Assembly: GCA_023251915.1 (NCBI GenBank)
Contig: JAHEXW010000005.1
Coordinates: forward strand, 7,549-71,548
Length of the DNA: 64,000 bases
Source: Actinomycetes bacterium
Lineage (GTDB): Bacteria > Actinomycetota > JAHEXW01
Direction of reading: 5' to 3'
A model generated the notes under the pieces. It searched no databases, was not told where the DNA came from, and was given only the letters and a program-made list of their open reading frames with translations. Made by a program: the position numbers and the translations under genes. Below, piece after piece: positions 1-10,444 of the stretch (its first letter is position 1; the number at the start of each line of letters is the position of its first letter).

Positions 1-343
1 CGCCGGCCAGATATTGTGCGACCTGAAGCAGGAGCGTCGATTTGCCGATACCCGGCTCGCCGCCGATTAAGACGAGCGAGCCCGGAACGATGCCGCCGCC
101 CAGAACGCGATCAAGCTCGGCGTAGCCGGCGGAAAAACGGGGCGTCTCGGTTAAATCTACGTCGGCTAACGGCTGGGGATAGGAAGCGCCTGCCGGACGC
201 GTACGTGCCGGTTGCTTTTTTGCGTCTGCAACGGCCTCTTCAATCAGTGAATTCCAGGCCGCGCACTCGGGGCAGCGACCCATCCAGCGGGGTGAGACAT
301 AGCCGCAATCGGTGCAGCGAAACGTTGTCTTAGAGGCCGGCAT
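1..343 (-). CDS. radA: DNA repair protein RadA/Sms, 5' part (runs off window start)
   Basis: Not in the ORF track. Manual translation from ATG at 343 gives MPASKTTFRCTDCGYVSPRWMGRCPECAAWN (C4 zinc finger) ... ELDRVLGGGIVPGSLVLIGGEPGIGKSTLLLQ (Walker A). Directly downstream of clpC, as usual. Confidence 0.95.
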   Translation of the reverse strand, partial: MPASKTTFRCTDCGYVSPRWMGRCPECAAWNSLIEEAVADAKKQPARTRPAGASYPQPLADVDLTETPRFSAGYAELDRVLGGGIVPGSLVLIGGEPGIGKSTLLLQVAQYLAG

Positions 344-352
344 AGGCGTAAG

Positions 353-2842
353 TTAGTCCTTCTTCTTTGAAGCAACCAGTTTCTCTGGTTTGCCCTCTTT
401 ATTTTTAAGGAAGACGATTTCGTTATCTATGGCGTCGACAGTGATCGTCTCGCCGGCTTTCGGCTTCGCCTTTAATATACTTTCGCTTAGCGGGTCTTCG
501 ACCAGCCGTTGCAACGCCCGGCGCAACGGCCTGGCGCCCAGCGCCGTGTCGTAGCCCTCTTTGGCAAGCAGAGCCTTGGCGGCCGCGGTCAACTTGATCT
601 TAAGACCCAGTGAACCCAAACGAGCTTGCAGGCCGGCGACCATAATATCGACAATTGCCCGGATATTTGCGGGCGACAGCTCGTGGAAGACAATTATGTC
701 GTCGACTCTGTTTAAGAATTCCGGCCGGAAAGCGCGCTTTAACTCGGCGGTAACATTCTCTTTCATCTTGTCATAGGAGATCTGGCTGTCGTCTTCGGCG
801 CCAAAGCCCATCCCGTGTGCCCGCTTCAGATCCATGGAACCGAGATTGCTTGTCAACACGATTATCGCGTTCCGAAAATCTACGGCGTGACCTTGGTTGT
901 CCGTCAGACGCCCGTCTTCTAGTATCTGCAGCAATATGTTGAACACGTCGGGATGCGCCTTTTCTATCTCGTCCAGCAGGACAACAGAGTAGGGACGGCG
1001 CCGCACCGCTTCCGATAGCTGACCGCCCTCCTCATAACCGACATAACCCGGCGGCGAGCCGACCAGGCGAGAGACGGAATGCTTCTCCATATACTCACTC
1101 ATGTCCAGCTGTATCAGCGCGTCCTCGTCGCCGAACAGGAATTCGGCGAGCGTTCGGGCCAGCTCTGTCTTGCCCACTCCCGAAGGCCCCAGGAAAATAA
1201 AGGAGCCGGTTGGACGGCGCGGATCCTTTAATCCGGCACGGCTGCGGCGAATCGCGCGGGACACCGCTTTGACCGCTTCCTCTTGACCCACGATGCGCAT
1301 ATGGAGAGCGTCTTCCATGCGCATCAGCTTCTCGCTCTCTTCCTCGGTCAGCTCCTGCACCGGAATCCCGGTCCATTGACTAACGACGGCCGCGATGTCC
1401 TTTTCGGTCACCGAGACGCGGCGACCGCCCGCTTCCGGTTGTTTCCACTCCTTCTCCATCTGAACCTTTTCGAACAGCATCTTCCGTTCGCGGTCGCGGA
1501 GATTGGCCGCCTTTTCGTATTCCTGCGCCTCGATCGCGGCTTCTTTCTCCTGGCGCAGTCGCTTCAAGCGGTCCTCCATCTCCCGGAAATTAGGGGGAGC
1601 CGTCATGCTTATGATCTTGAGCCGGCTGGCTGCTTCGTCTATTAGGTCGATCGCCTTGTCCGGCAGAAATCGCTCGGATATATAGCGTTCGGCCAGATAG
1701 CCGGCCGCGGTCAGCGCCTCGTCCGTTATGGTTACACCGTGATGCGCTTCGTAGCGGTCGCGCAACCCCTTGAGTATCTCGACAGTGTCCTCGACCGTTG
1801 GCTCACCGACGAGAACCGGCTGGAATCGTCTTTCCAGGGCGGCGTCTTTCTCCAAATATTTGCGATACTCGTCCAATGTCGTCGCCCCAATAGTCTGGAG
1901 CTCGCCTCGCGCCAGCGCCGGTTTCAGAATGCTAGCCGCGTCAATTGCGCCTTCCGCCGCACCGGCGCCAACCAGGTTATGCACCTCGTCGATGAAGATG
2001 ACGACATCTCCCCGGCTGCGGATTTCTGCCAGGAGCTTCTTTAGCCTCTCCTCAAAATCGCCGCGATAGCGGCTGCCGGCCACTAAAGCGCCAAGGTCAA
2101 GCGTGTATAGTTTCTTGCCTTTCAAGCTCTCCGGTACGCGTCCCTGGATTATGGCCTGTGCGAAGCCCTCAACGACGGCGGTCTTTCCGACTCCAGGCTC
2201 CCCGATCAGAACCGGATTATTTTTGGTCCGGCGGGAAAGGATCTGCATTACCCGGTCGATTTCGTTCTTCCGGCCGATCACAGGGTCCAGTTTGCCGTCC
2301 TGAGCCATTTGGGTCAGATCCCGGCCGAACTGGTCGAGCAGTGCGCTCTTGCCAGCCGTTGCGCCTTCCTTTGAGGTTGGCGAGGGAGAGACGCCTGTCG
2401 CCGTGTAGGCTCCAGACAGTTGTTGGATTACTTCGTTGCGGACTTTTTCCAGGTCAGCGCCAAGGTTAATTAAGACACGAGCCGCCACGCCCTCGCCCTC
2501 GCGGATCAGCCCGAGCAATATGTGCTCCGTTCCGATGTAGTTGTGACCCAGCTGCAACGCTTCGCGTAAGGACAATTCGAGGACCTTCTTGGCCCGAGGC
2601 GTAAAAGGTATATGGCCGATGGATGTTGCTTCGCCGCGTCCGATTATCTTCTCGACCTGCAGGCGGACATCATCGAGACTGATGTCCAGGTTTTCCAGAG
2701 CCTTAGCGGCGACGCCTTCGCCCTCAAGAATCAAACCAAGCAACAGATGCTCGGTTCCGATGTAGTTTTGATTGAGCATTCTGGCTTCCTCGCGAGCCAG
2801 AACGACGACGCGGCGGGCGCGTTCGGTAAAACGTTCAAACAT
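353..2842 (-). CDS. clpC: ATP-dependent Clp protease ATP-binding subunit ClpC
   Basis: [14 protein letters not shown]-terminal Clp repeats; two AAA+ modules ([16 protein letters not shown]); UVR coiled coil; MGF loop for ClpP binding. Confidence 0.97.
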   Translation of the reverse strand: MFERFTERARRVVVLAREEARMLNQNYIGTEHLLLGLILEGEGVAAKALENLDISLDDVRLQVEKIIGRGEATSIGHIPFTPRAKKVLELSLREALQLGHNYIGTEHILLGLIREGEGVAARVLINLGADLEKVRNEVIQQLSGAYTATGVSPSPTSKEGATAGKSALLDQFGRDLTQMAQDGKLDPVIGRKNEIDRVMQILSRRTKNNPVLIGEPGVGKTAVVEGFAQAIIQGRVPESLKGKKLYTLDLGALVAGSRYRGDFEERLKKLLAEIRSRGDVVIFIDEVHNLVGAGAAEGAIDAASILKPALARGELQTIGATTLDEYRKYLEKDAALERRFQPVLVGEPTVEDTVEILKGLRDRYEAHHGVTITDEALTAAGYLAERYISERFLPDKAIDLIDEAASRLKIISMTAPPNFREMEDRLKRLRQEKEAAIEAQEYEKAANLRDRERKMLFEKVQMEKEWKQPEAGGRRVSVTEKDIAAVVSQWTGIPVQELTEEESEKLMRMEDALHMRIVGQEEAVKAVSRAIRRSRAGLKDPRRPTGSFIFLGPSGVGKTELARTLAEFLFGDEDALIQLDMSEYMEKHSVSRLVGSPPGYVGYEEGGQLSEAVRRRPYSVVLLDEIEKAHPDVFNILLQILEDGRLTDNQGHAVDFRNAIIVLTSNLGSMDLKRAHGMGFGAEDDSQISYDKMKENVTAELKRAFRPEFLNRVDDIIVFHELSPANIRAIVDIMVAGLQARLGSLGLKIKLTAAAKALLAKEGYDTALGARPLRRALQRLVEDPLSESILKAKPKAGETITVDAIDNEIVFLKNKEGKPEKLVASKKKD

Positions 2843-2940
2843 GGCTTGGAATCGCCTCCTATAAGGGCTTTATTACTCCTAATATAACATAGGGGAGCTT
2901 GGCCGCAGTAGGGTCAACATGAGGTAAAGCGGCGAGGGGG

Positions 2941-3207
2941 TTAGCGCAACGCGTCCAGAAGGCGCTCAACCCGGCCGGCGTCAACCAGCGAGTAATGGCT
3001 CCAAGTACCGCGGACGGAGCGTCTTACCAAACCCGCGTCAACCAAGATCTTCACGTGATAGGACGCTTTCGGCTGGGATAGGTTCAAACCCGCCTGGATA
3101 TGGCAGGCACAGATGTCATTCTGCCGTTTTATCATTTCGACAATCTCTAGTCTCGTGGGGTCGCTCAGCGCGTGCGCGACAGCCGCCATCTTCTTAGTCT
3201 CGTCCAT
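2941..3207 (-). CDS. ArsR/SmtB family metalloregulator
   Basis: ALSDPTRLEIV...DICACHI...LSQPKASYHVKILVDAGLV. The CxC in helix 3 resembles the As(III)-sensing ELCVCDL box. Confidence 0.9.
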   Translation of the reverse strand: MDETKKMAAVAHALSDPTRLEIVEMIKRQNDICACHIQAGLNLSQPKASYHVKILVDAGLVRRSVRGTWSHYSLVDAGRVERLLDALR

Positions 3208-3219
3208 CTCGGGCCCTTA

Positions 3220-3235
3220 ATCAACTTTTCTTGAT
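3220..3235. promoter_or_regulatory. Putative ArsR-family operator
   Basis: ATCAA-cttttc-TTGAT inverted repeat in the AT-rich divergent intergenic region between the ArsR gene and the thioredoxin/permease pair. Confidence 0.55.
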
Positions 3236-3304
3236 ATTATGTCTCTCATCATATATCATTAGAAGATATTGAGCAATACTTAACCGCGAGGCAAGGAGAT
3301 TCAC

Positions 3305-3544
3305 ATGGACGTTAAGATTTTGGGCTCAGGTTGCGCTAATTGCCACGCCCTGGAAGCCGCCGCCAAAGAGGCGGTTGCCGAGCTGGGACTAGACGCGACG
3401 GTTGAAATGGTAACTGACTACACCCGGATTCTCGGATATGGCGTCATGTCGACTCCCGGCCTGGTAATCGATGATAAGGTGATCGTCTCGGGACGCGTGC
3501 CATCCAAAGAAGAGGTAAAACGCTTTTTGGCCGGCGCCGTCTAG
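3305..3544 (+). CDS. Small redox-active disulfide protein (MTH895/thioredoxin-like)
   Basis: KILGSGCANC and YGVMSTPGLVID motifs; AAGGAG RBS; typical partner of ArsP-type permeases. Confidence 0.9.
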   Translation: MDVKILGSGCANCHALEAAAKEAVAELGLDATVEMVTDYTRILGYGVMSTPGLVIDDKVIVSGRVPSKEEVKRFLAGAV

Positions 3545-3553
3545 GTTTCGCTG

Positions 3554-4537
3554 ATGCTTACCGCTTTCTCGCAGATGATCGGCCAGTTCGCGCCCTTTGA
3601 GTATTTGGCTGATCTCATCTCTTACCGCATCTTCGGCTTCGATCCGGCCACGACATTCGGTGAAGCATTCCATTTCTTCGTCGGTGATATAAGCAAGATA
3701 TTTGTGCTGTTGACGATTATCGTTTTTGTCATCGCCGTCATTCGCAGCTACTTCCCGCCTGAAAAAGTTAAGAATTATCTGGCGCGTCGGGGCATCACTG
3801 GAAACATCCTCGCTGCCTCGCTCGGCATCGTTACTCCGTTCTGCTCGTGTTCGGCAGTGCCGATGTTCATCGGCTTCGTGGAATCCGGCGTTCCGTTAGG
3901 TGTAACGTTCTCGTTCCTCATCTCAGCCCCGACTGTCAACGAGGTCGCACTAATCTTGCTCTGGGGATTGTTTGGCTGGAAGATCGCGCTTCTCTACATT
4001 GCCACCGGACTGGTTGTCGCGACTGTCGGCGGGGTCATCATCGGCCGCTTGAATCTGGAGCGGTTTGTCGAGGATTATGTCTGGAAGATTAAGTTCAACG
4101 ACGGACAGATTGCCTCTCCGCCGTTCCGCGAGCGAGCCGCCGCGGCCTGGGTTTATACTAAAGACCTCCTGAAAGGCATTTGGCCATATGTGGTCTTTGG
4201 CATCGGCGTGGCCGCCGGGGTCCACGGTTGGGTCCCGGTCGGCTTCGTCGCCCGGATAGCCGGGCCGAACAACCCGTTCGCGGTCGTCTTCGCGGTTCTA
4301 CTGGGCATTCCCCTCTACAGCAACGCAGCCGGTACGATACCTATCGTGCAGGTCCTGTTAGAGAAGGGACTGCCCCTGGGTACGGCTTTGGCCTTCATGA
4401 TGAGCGTTACGGCAATTTCCCTGCCCGAGCTGGTTATTCTGCGTAAGGTCCTAAAACCGCGCCTGCTGCTGGTTTTTGTCGCCGTCGTTAGCGCCGCAAT
4501 TATCTTCCTCGGTTATCTCTTTAACATAATCCTCTAG
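3554..4537 (+). CDS. ArsP/DUF318-family permease (probable organoarsenical or metal efflux)
   Basis: Multi-TM protein with TPFCSCSAVP, SAPTVNE and GIPLYSNAAG motifs; ArsR/thioredoxin context. Confidence 0.85.
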   Translation: MLTAFSQMIGQFAPFEYLADLISYRIFGFDPATTFGEAFHFFVGDISKIFVLLTIIVFVIAVIRSYFPPEKVKNYLARRGITGNILAASLGIVTPFCSCSAVPMFIGFVESGVPLGVTFSFLISAPTVNEVALILLWGLFGWKIALLYIATGLVVATVGGVIIGRLNLERFVEDYVWKIKFNDGQIASPPFRERAAAAWVYTKDLLKGIWPYVVFGIGVAAGVHGWVPVGFVARIAGPNNPFAVVFAVLLGIPLYSNAAGTIPIVQVLLEKGLPLGTALAFMMSVTAISLPELVILRKVLKPRLLLVFVAVVSAAIIFLGYLFNIIL

Positions 4538-4541
4538 GCAG

Positions 4542-5591
4542 CTACAGTCCGCGGCTCAAAAACAGAACGACGATTCCGGCAATATATAGAATCAGGACCA
4601 ACAGCGAGTCCGGACCAACTCTGAAGAATGTCCGGCGCGGTCTAACAATCAGTCCGATAATATAGATGCCTGTCAGCAAGACCCCTAGCGCAGCGAACCA
4701 CATGTCGTTTTGGTTTGCCGTCAGCAAGACCGACTTGCCCGCGATAAGATCGGCGACCAAAAACAGGGCAGGCATGAAAGCGTTGCCGCCGAAAATGTCG
4801 CTGAAAGCCAACCTGTAGTCGCCTTTCCTAACGGACGCGATACCCGTACTAAGCTCGGGCAATGCAGTTGCCGCCGCCATGAACGTCGCGGCGAACAACC
4901 CGGTTGCCAGGCCGAAACTCTCGGCCAAGCGCGTGCCGGCTTCTTCCAGAACCACGCCGCCAAGCAGGGTGGCGACGGCCGCGGCGACAAAAATCCCTAC
5001 GATCACGCCGAGCGATTTTGTTTGAAACGGTGGATGATTGATGACCCGGCGCCTGGCGCTATGATCGCGACCGGGCGTTGCGTCAATGGCTTCCGCCTTC
5101 CAGGGCAATCCCGTTCGCGCCCTCTGCACCATCCATAAGCCCAAAACCCAAAGTAAAAGAATTAGCAAAGAGGCGGCGCTTAGGGCCGTTCCGGGGATAA
5201 CCGCCGGTGTCCGCATTGCCATGATTGCGGCGACGGCGACAAGCACAACGGTGTTCGCCTCCAGGACAAGCGTCAAAGAGGCGGCGGCGAATGACAAGGC
5301 TCGCTTCTCCCCCATGGCCGCGTCCAGAAATACCAGGACAACCGTTTGGATAGCGATCCCGCCGATCAGGTTGCCGAGCACGACGGAGAAATGATGGCTA
5401 TACGCGGCACTGACGGTGATAGCTATCTCTGGCAGGCTGGTCGCAATGCCCAGCAGGATCAGACCGCCAAAGGCGCTGCCGAGGTTGAAATGAGTATCGA
5501 TTGCGTCGGTCGACCGCACGAGCCAGATGCCTGCGATCCAAATAACCCCAGCAGCTGCTAGGAAAGCGCCAAGCAAATACACATTATTCAT
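4542..5591 (-). CDS. Sodium/calcium exchanger (CaCA) family antiporter
   Basis: Two alpha-repeats (ATSLPE...GN and ATALPE...GGN); about 10 hydrophobic segments. Confidence 0.85.
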   Translation of the reverse strand: MNNVYLLGAFLAAAGVIWIAGIWLVRSTDAIDTHFNLGSAFGGLILLGIATSLPEIAITVSAAYSHHFSVVLGNLIGGIAIQTVVLVFLDAAMGEKRALSFAAASLTLVLEANTVVLVAVAAIMAMRTPAVIPGTALSAASLLILLLWVLGLWMVQRARTGLPWKAEAIDATPGRDHSARRRVINHPPFQTKSLGVIVGIFVAAAVATLLGGVVLEEAGTRLAESFGLATGLFAATFMAAATALPELSTGIASVRKGDYRLAFSDIFGGNAFMPALFLVADLIAGKSVLLTANQNDMWFAALGVLLTGIYIIGLIVRPRRTFFRVGPDSLLVLILYIAGIVVLFLSRGL

Positions 5592-5614
5592 AAGTTCACT
5601 TTAGCAATAAATGA

Positions 5615-7132
5615 CTAGTCGGACACTCCGTTGGCCCCGCGGCCGGCGCCGTGAATCGGACTGCCGTTCTTGCCTTGCTCGTGGCAGACCTGACACGCCC
5701 ATATCCAGTAGTTGTCTCCCTGGAATTTCATAGTTATCTCAGCGTCCGCGGCGTTGCGGGTTACATGCTCCGCGTGAGTACTGTTGTGACAGGCCTCGCA
5801 GAATATCCGGCCATTCATGCCCTCGCCCGCGGTGTTGTTAAGTACAGAGTTCCGGTAAAGGGTGTTGGCATTTTCGGCATAAAGCGAGCCGTGACAGTCA
5901 CTGCACTTAGGCTCGTCCAGCCAGGGCCGCCGGCCTTTCTGAAGCGCTGTTGTCATCTTCACTAAATCACCGTGGCAATCGACGCAGCTCTTGCCGGCGC
6001 GCGCCATGATGCCCCGCAAGCATTGCGTATTCGGCCCGGGATGGCAGTTATAGCAATCCGGTTTCAAAGGCGACTTCTGCATCTTGTCTTTGTGCGAGTT
6101 ATGCATCGCCAAAGATAGGCTCTCGACGCCCGGCTTTCCGGCCATCTTTAGGGCGTTGTCCGAATGACACTCGGCGCAGGCGTGCGGCGTGCCGGCTTGC
6201 TGGTCGGCGACTAATGTTCCTCCGTTGAGTTTGTCGTGTTTTGCCAGGATATCCAATTGCGGATTGGCCGTGCCGTGGCAGATTGAACAACCCAGTTCAG
6301 TCGATACAGGCGCCACGACGTTGGCGGTCTGCAGAGTGTTTCCTTTGGCATCTTTGACGGTTATGACCGCCGTCCCAAAGGGATCCCATGTACCGTCGTC
6401 GTCATATGGGCTGACCGGGATGGCGGCCGCCGCATAGGTAATCCCGTCGCCCGTTGGCTTCATAACGCCGAACGGGCCGTTTCCCGCCAATCCAACGTTG
6501 GGCGTTCCGTTCCACCCGAACTTGGCGGCATATTGCCAGAAATTCGTCTGTGACGAGGGATTCTTCTTTTTGGGAAACTCATAGGTGACGGTAATGTTCT
6601 TTGTCGCGCCGTCCTCGGAACTACGCGCGAAGACCTGCGCGTAAAGGTTGTTGGCGGGGGGCAGTATTGCGAAATATGAATAGTCATCCTGGTCGCAATG
6701 CATCCCGAGATCGTTCCAGGCGAGAATTGTGTATTGCATGCCGGCCGCCGGAATACTTTGGGTGCCGTACGCCTTGGTTAGGTGCCAGTCGGCCTTTGTG
6801 ATCATAGCAGTCGCGATTGTTGCACGTTGCGTGGTCGCAGCGTAGTTGGCCGCGCTAACCGATAGGGTCATTTTGCCGATAGGCGCAACTAGGCGGTAAA
6901 CGCCGTTCGCGTTGGTTGTCGCAGTTTGACCGCCGGCGCTAATCGTGGCGTTTGCAATGCCCGCGCCGGTCTCGATATCTCTCACGGACCCGTTAACAAC
7001 GCCCTTGCCTGTGACTGGCGGTGGATTGTTCGTTGTTGTGTTGGTGAGAGACAGACCGTTCCTGCAGCCAGCTCCGGCTACGGTCAGCAAGCCCGCCAGC
7101 ATAACATAGACCAGAAATAATGACTTTTTCAT
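5615..7132 (-). CDS. Multiheme cytochrome c lipoprotein with N-terminal beta-sandwich (carboxypeptidase-regulatory-like) domain
   Basis: Lipobox GAGC; NDLGMHC motif; seven CxxCH motifs (CSICH, CAECH, CYNCH, CVDCH, CSDCH, CEACH, CQVCH). Confidence 0.88.
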   Translation of the reverse strand: MKKSLFLVYVMLAGLLTVAGAGCRNGLSLTNTTTNNPPPVTGKGVVNGSVRDIETGAGIANATISAGGQTATTNANGVYRLVAPIGKMTLSVSAANYAATTQRATIATAMITKADWHLTKAYGTQSIPAAGMQYTILAWNDLGMHCDQDDYSYFAILPPANNLYAQVFARSSEDGATKNITVTYEFPKKKNPSSQTNFWQYAAKFGWNGTPNVGLAGNGPFGVMKPTGDGITYAAAAIPVSPYDDDGTWDPFGTAVITVKDAKGNTLQTANVVAPVSTELGCSICHGTANPQLDILAKHDKLNGGTLVADQQAGTPHACAECHSDNALKMAGKPGVESLSLAMHNSHKDKMQKSPLKPDCYNCHPGPNTQCLRGIMARAGKSCVDCHGDLVKMTTALQKGRRPWLDEPKCSDCHGSLYAENANTLYRNSVLNNTAGEGMNGRIFCEACHNSTHAEHVTRNAADAEITMKFQGDNYWIWACQVCHEQGKNGSPIHGAGRGANGVSD

Positions 7133-7215
7133 ACGCTGCTCCCTTTTCCTTGCGTGGTTTAAAACATAGGGTCACAGCGTGGGGGTGAATCGTGAGGACA
7201 AGTCTGTTGTTCAGT

Positions 7216-8703
7216 TTACTCTTCCGAGGGTTTCGTTTTCAACTGTGGGAACAAGATGACGTCGCGGATGGACGCGCTGTCAGTAACGATCATAACCAAA
7301 CGGTCGACCCCGATACCGATACCGCCCGTCGGCGGCAGGCCGTGCTCGAGGGCCATGACGTAGTCCTCGTCCAGCTCGTGCGCCTCCTCGTCACCGGCGG
7401 CTTTGTTGGCCTGCTGGGCCTCAAAACGGGCGTGCTGGTCTTGCGGGTCGGTCAACTCGGAAAAGGCATTGGCAACCTCCCTGCCGGCGATAATCAGCTC
7501 GAACCGCTCGGTCAGCTCCGGATTACCGGGTTTCTTACGAGCCAAGGGCGACGTTTCTAAAGGATAGTCAAAGACGAAGGTCGGTTGAACAATCAAATGC
7601 TCGACGTGCTTCTCGTAGATTTCGGTAATGACTGCGCCTTTGCCGGAATTCGGCTTCAGGTCCACCCGCATCTCGGCGGCCAACGCTTTCAGGTCGTCCA
7701 GGCTCATGTCAAACGACAGATCCTGCCCGGTATATTCCTTGACCGCGTCAATCATCGACAGCCGGCGCCACGGCCGCGTAAAGTCGAGTTCCGTTTCCTG
7801 ATACGTGATTTTGGTTGAGCCAGCCAGCTCCTCGATGACCCCGTTGATGAGCGTCTCAACCAATTCCATCATGTCTTGATAGTCGGCGTATGCCTGATAG
7901 GCTTCCAGCATCATGAACTCGGGATTGTGCTTAACCGAGATGCCCTCATTACGAAAACTCTTGTTGATCTCGTATACCCTCTCTAGGCCGCCGACGATCA
8001 ACCTCTTCAGATAGAGCTCGGGCGCTATACGCAGATATAGATCGGTATCGAGTGCGTTGTGATGCGTTATGAACGGTTTGGCCGCCGCCCCGCCCGGGAT
8101 CGGGTGCAACATCGGCGTCTCGACTTCCAGGAAACCTTGCTCGTCAAGTATGCGGCGCAGTATGGCTATCGTCCGTGTCTTTTTGATAAACGTCTCTTTG
8201 ACGTCGGGGTTCATAATCAGGTCAAGGTAGCGTTGGCGGTAGCGCGTTTCAACATCCTTCAAACCATGCCATTTCTCCGGCATCGGCCGCAGGGATTTTG
8301 TCAGCAATTCGTAAGACGCGACTGCCACGGACAGCTGGCCGCGCTTGGTCTTGAAAACCTCACCCGTGACACCGACAATGTCGCCAATGTCATAACTCAG
8401 GAAGGTGTCATAAGCTTCTTCTCCCAAAGCGTCTGCTGTCAGATAGAGCTGGACACGACCGGTCTTGTCCTGGAGTTCCGCGAAGCTGGCTTTTCCGTGG
8501 CGTCGCAACGCCATCAACCGGCCGGCGATGCTGACCACGTCCGCGGTGTGTACTTCCGGTTCGATAGCGCCATAAGAAGCATCGATCTCAGCGACCAACC
8601 GGTCGCGGTCGAACTTTGATTTATAGGGATCGACGCCAGAGGCGCGAATATCGCTTAACTTCTGCAGCCGGTGAACGCGAAGGTCGTTCGGCTCATCTGT
8701 CAT
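7216..8703 (-). CDS. lysS: Lysine--tRNA ligase (class II)
   Basis: RYRQRYLDL, GGAAAKPF, LRIAPELYLKRL, FRNEG and GIGVDRL motifs. Confidence 0.98.
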   Translation of the reverse strand: MTDEPNDLRVHRLQKLSDIRASGVDPYKSKFDRDRLVAEIDASYGAIEPEVHTADVVSIAGRLMALRRHGKASFAELQDKTGRVQLYLTADALGEEAYDTFLSYDIGDIVGVTGEVFKTKRGQLSVAVASYELLTKSLRPMPEKWHGLKDVETRYRQRYLDLIMNPDVKETFIKKTRTIAILRRILDEQGFLEVETPMLHPIPGGAAAKPFITHHNALDTDLYLRIAPELYLKRLIVGGLERVYEINKSFRNEGISVKHNPEFMMLEAYQAYADYQDMMELVETLINGVIEELAGSTKITYQETELDFTRPWRRLSMIDAVKEYTGQDLSFDMSLDDLKALAAEMRVDLKPNSGKGAVITEIYEKHVEHLIVQPTFVFDYPLETSPLARKKPGNPELTERFELIIAGREVANAFSELTDPQDQHARFEAQQANKAAGDEEAHELDEDYVMALEHGLPPTGGIGIGVDRLVMIVTDSASIRDVILFPQLKTKPSEE

Positions 8704-9173
8704 TTTTTAATGTCCACGATCTTGTATTTGAGCGCGCCGTGCGGCAACTCTATCTCGACCAAATCGCCGATCTCTTTGCCGACGATCGCCCTGCCGACCG
8801 GCGATTCATGAGAGATCTGCATCAAGTCGGGATCAGCCTCGAATGAACCAACGATTTTGAACTCCTGGTTCTTCTTGGTCTCCATATCCCGCAGAATTGC
8901 TGTCAGCCCGACGCGAACATGTTTTAAGCCGCCCTTGTGCTCATCGACGATTTCAGCGTTGGCCAAAATATACTGGATTTCCGAGATTCTTCCTTCCGTG
9001 AAGGCCTGCTCGTTCTTTGCGTCTTCATATTCGGAGTTTTCGGAAATGTCGCCGAAGTCTTTGGCTTCCTTTAAACGCTGGGCGACCGCCTTACGACGTA
9101 CGCCGATCAATTCTTTTAACTCGTTATCGAGCATTTCCTTGCCGTGGGTGGTTAATATTATTTCTTTGCTCAC
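8700..9173 (-). CDS. greA: Transcription elongation factor GreA
   Basis: FGDISENSEYEDAK and ISHESPVGRA motifs; overlaps the lysS start. Confidence 0.97.
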   Translation of the reverse strand: MSKEIILTTHGKEMLDNELKELIGVRRKAVAQRLKEAKDFGDISENSEYEDAKNEQAFTEGRISEIQYILANAEIVDEHKGGLKHVRVGLTAILRDMETKKNQEFKIVGSFEADPDLMQISHESPVGRAIVGKEIGDLVEIELPHGALKYKIVDIKK

Positions 9174-9200
9174 AGTTAATTATCCTCTCAGGTCATTAGC

Positions 9201-9243
9201 AACAATAAAGCACTGCCGTGCATGTTAACATGTGCGGCAGCGC
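9201..9243 (-). terminator. Intrinsic terminator-like hairpin upstream of greA
   Basis: Minus strand reads GCGCTGCCGCACATG-TTAA-CATGCACGGCAGTGC followed by TTTATTGTT. Confidence 0.65.
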
Positions 9244-9286
9244 CCCGGGTTTTTAAGTGAGCCTAATTATAACCGATTTAATAGAA

Positions 9287-10444
9287 TTAGGAAACTGTTT
9301 CCATTTCCCGCGCATTGGCGGCGGCAGTGCGGATTGCGCGTATCCTATCTTCCGTTAATGCTTTTTCGAAACTGCGGAAACCGGCCAGCTTGAAGCCGTG
9401 CCGCTCGGCCATCTCGGCAATCTCATTTACCTGCTCAACGGTTATGTTCTTGCCGATTGTGTAATCTTCATAGCGGCCCTCGAGGGCCAGGATCATCGTC
9501 TCAGCCATGCATGCCAGACTTTGACCAGGCGGCAAGCCGAAATCGAAGTTGAAATTAACTTGACCGGGAACCTGAACGACACCGCCGTCGATAACCAAAA
9601 CGTCATCCCGGTTCTCAGCCACGGCTTCCGCCACATCTCGCGGCCGCGCGACGTCACAGACAACGGCGCCCGCTTTAATGTCAAACGGGTTGATGATCTC
9701 GTCCACAGCGCTGGTCGCAGAGATGATTACATCAGCCCGGCGAACGGCCTCGGAAATATTTGTTGTTATTTCAACATTGCCGCCGCGTATCGCGTCTCTG
9801 ACAACCTCTAGGCGACCTTCGTTGCGGCCTACCAGGATTGTCGTTCCGGCTTCCGCCGCCATTATGTGGGCGGCGATCTTGCCGATGCTGCCGGTCGCTC
9901 CGACTATGGCGACGACTGCCGTCGCCAGATCGATGTCCATGACGGCCGCGGCTTTGCGGGCTCCCTCGATCGCGGTCGCGACAGTATAGGTGTTGCCGGT
10001 GGTAACGGCAACGCGGCCGCCATCGGCGATGTCCTTGCCGCCCCCGCCGACAAGGGCGGTAAACGCACCCAGACCGACAATGCGGGCTCCTAGTTCCTCG
10101 GCGACCTCGCAACCTTTGATGATTTTCTTAACCACGAACTTCTCTTTTAGGTCAAGAATTTGGGACGGCAGCAGCGGGACGGCGATAAACCAGCCGACCG
10201 CCTCCTGGCCCGTCTTGGATTTGATACCTGTTATTTCGGAAAGAGCCCATGGTTTCTTGTGCTTAACAGCCCAGGCGACAAGTTTGTCAGGCAATTTTTC
10301 CGCGAACTTGTACTTACGCGTAATGCCGCCCATATCCAAAGGGTGAATGATAAACGCGAAACGAGCGACGTCAGGATTGTGATTTGCCTGCGGCTTCGGG
10401 GTTTTGGCTGGCTTGGGCGTCTTGGGAGTTTTAGGCTTCGGCAA
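9287..10444 (-). CDS. Acyl-ACP reductase-like NAD(P)-binding oxidoreductase (COG5322-type, often auto-annotated as shikimate dehydrogenase)
   Basis: FAFIIHP, LGAFTAL, TTGNTYT, Rossmann VGATGSIG, DVARP and LACMAETMIL motifs parallel cyanobacterial acyl-ACP reductase. The start is moved to TTG 10444 because the ORF-track start lies deep inside the upstream gene. Confidence 0.7.
   Translation of the reverse strand: MPKPKTPKTPKPAKTPKPQANHNPDVARFAFIIHPLDMGGITRKYKFAEKLPDKLVAWAVKHKKPWALSEITGIKSKTGQEAVGWFIAVPLLPSQILDLKEKFVVKKIIKGCEVAEELGARIVGLGAFTALVGGGGKDIADGGRVAVTTGNTYTVATAIEGARKAAAVMDIDLATAVVAIVGATGSIGKIAAHIMAAEAGTTILVGRNEGRLEVVRDAIRGGNVEITTNISEAVRRADVIISATSAVDEIINPFDIKAGAVVCDVARPRDVAEAVAENRDDVLVIDGGVVQVPGQVNFNFDFGLPPGQSLACMAETMILALEGRYEDYTIGKNITVEQVNEIAEMAERHGFKLAGFRSFEKALTEDRIRAIRTAAANAREMETVS

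Noticed and set aside
16-333. 105-aa plus-strand ORF in the track
   Set aside because: Antisense shadow of radA, which is clearly encoded on the minus strand.
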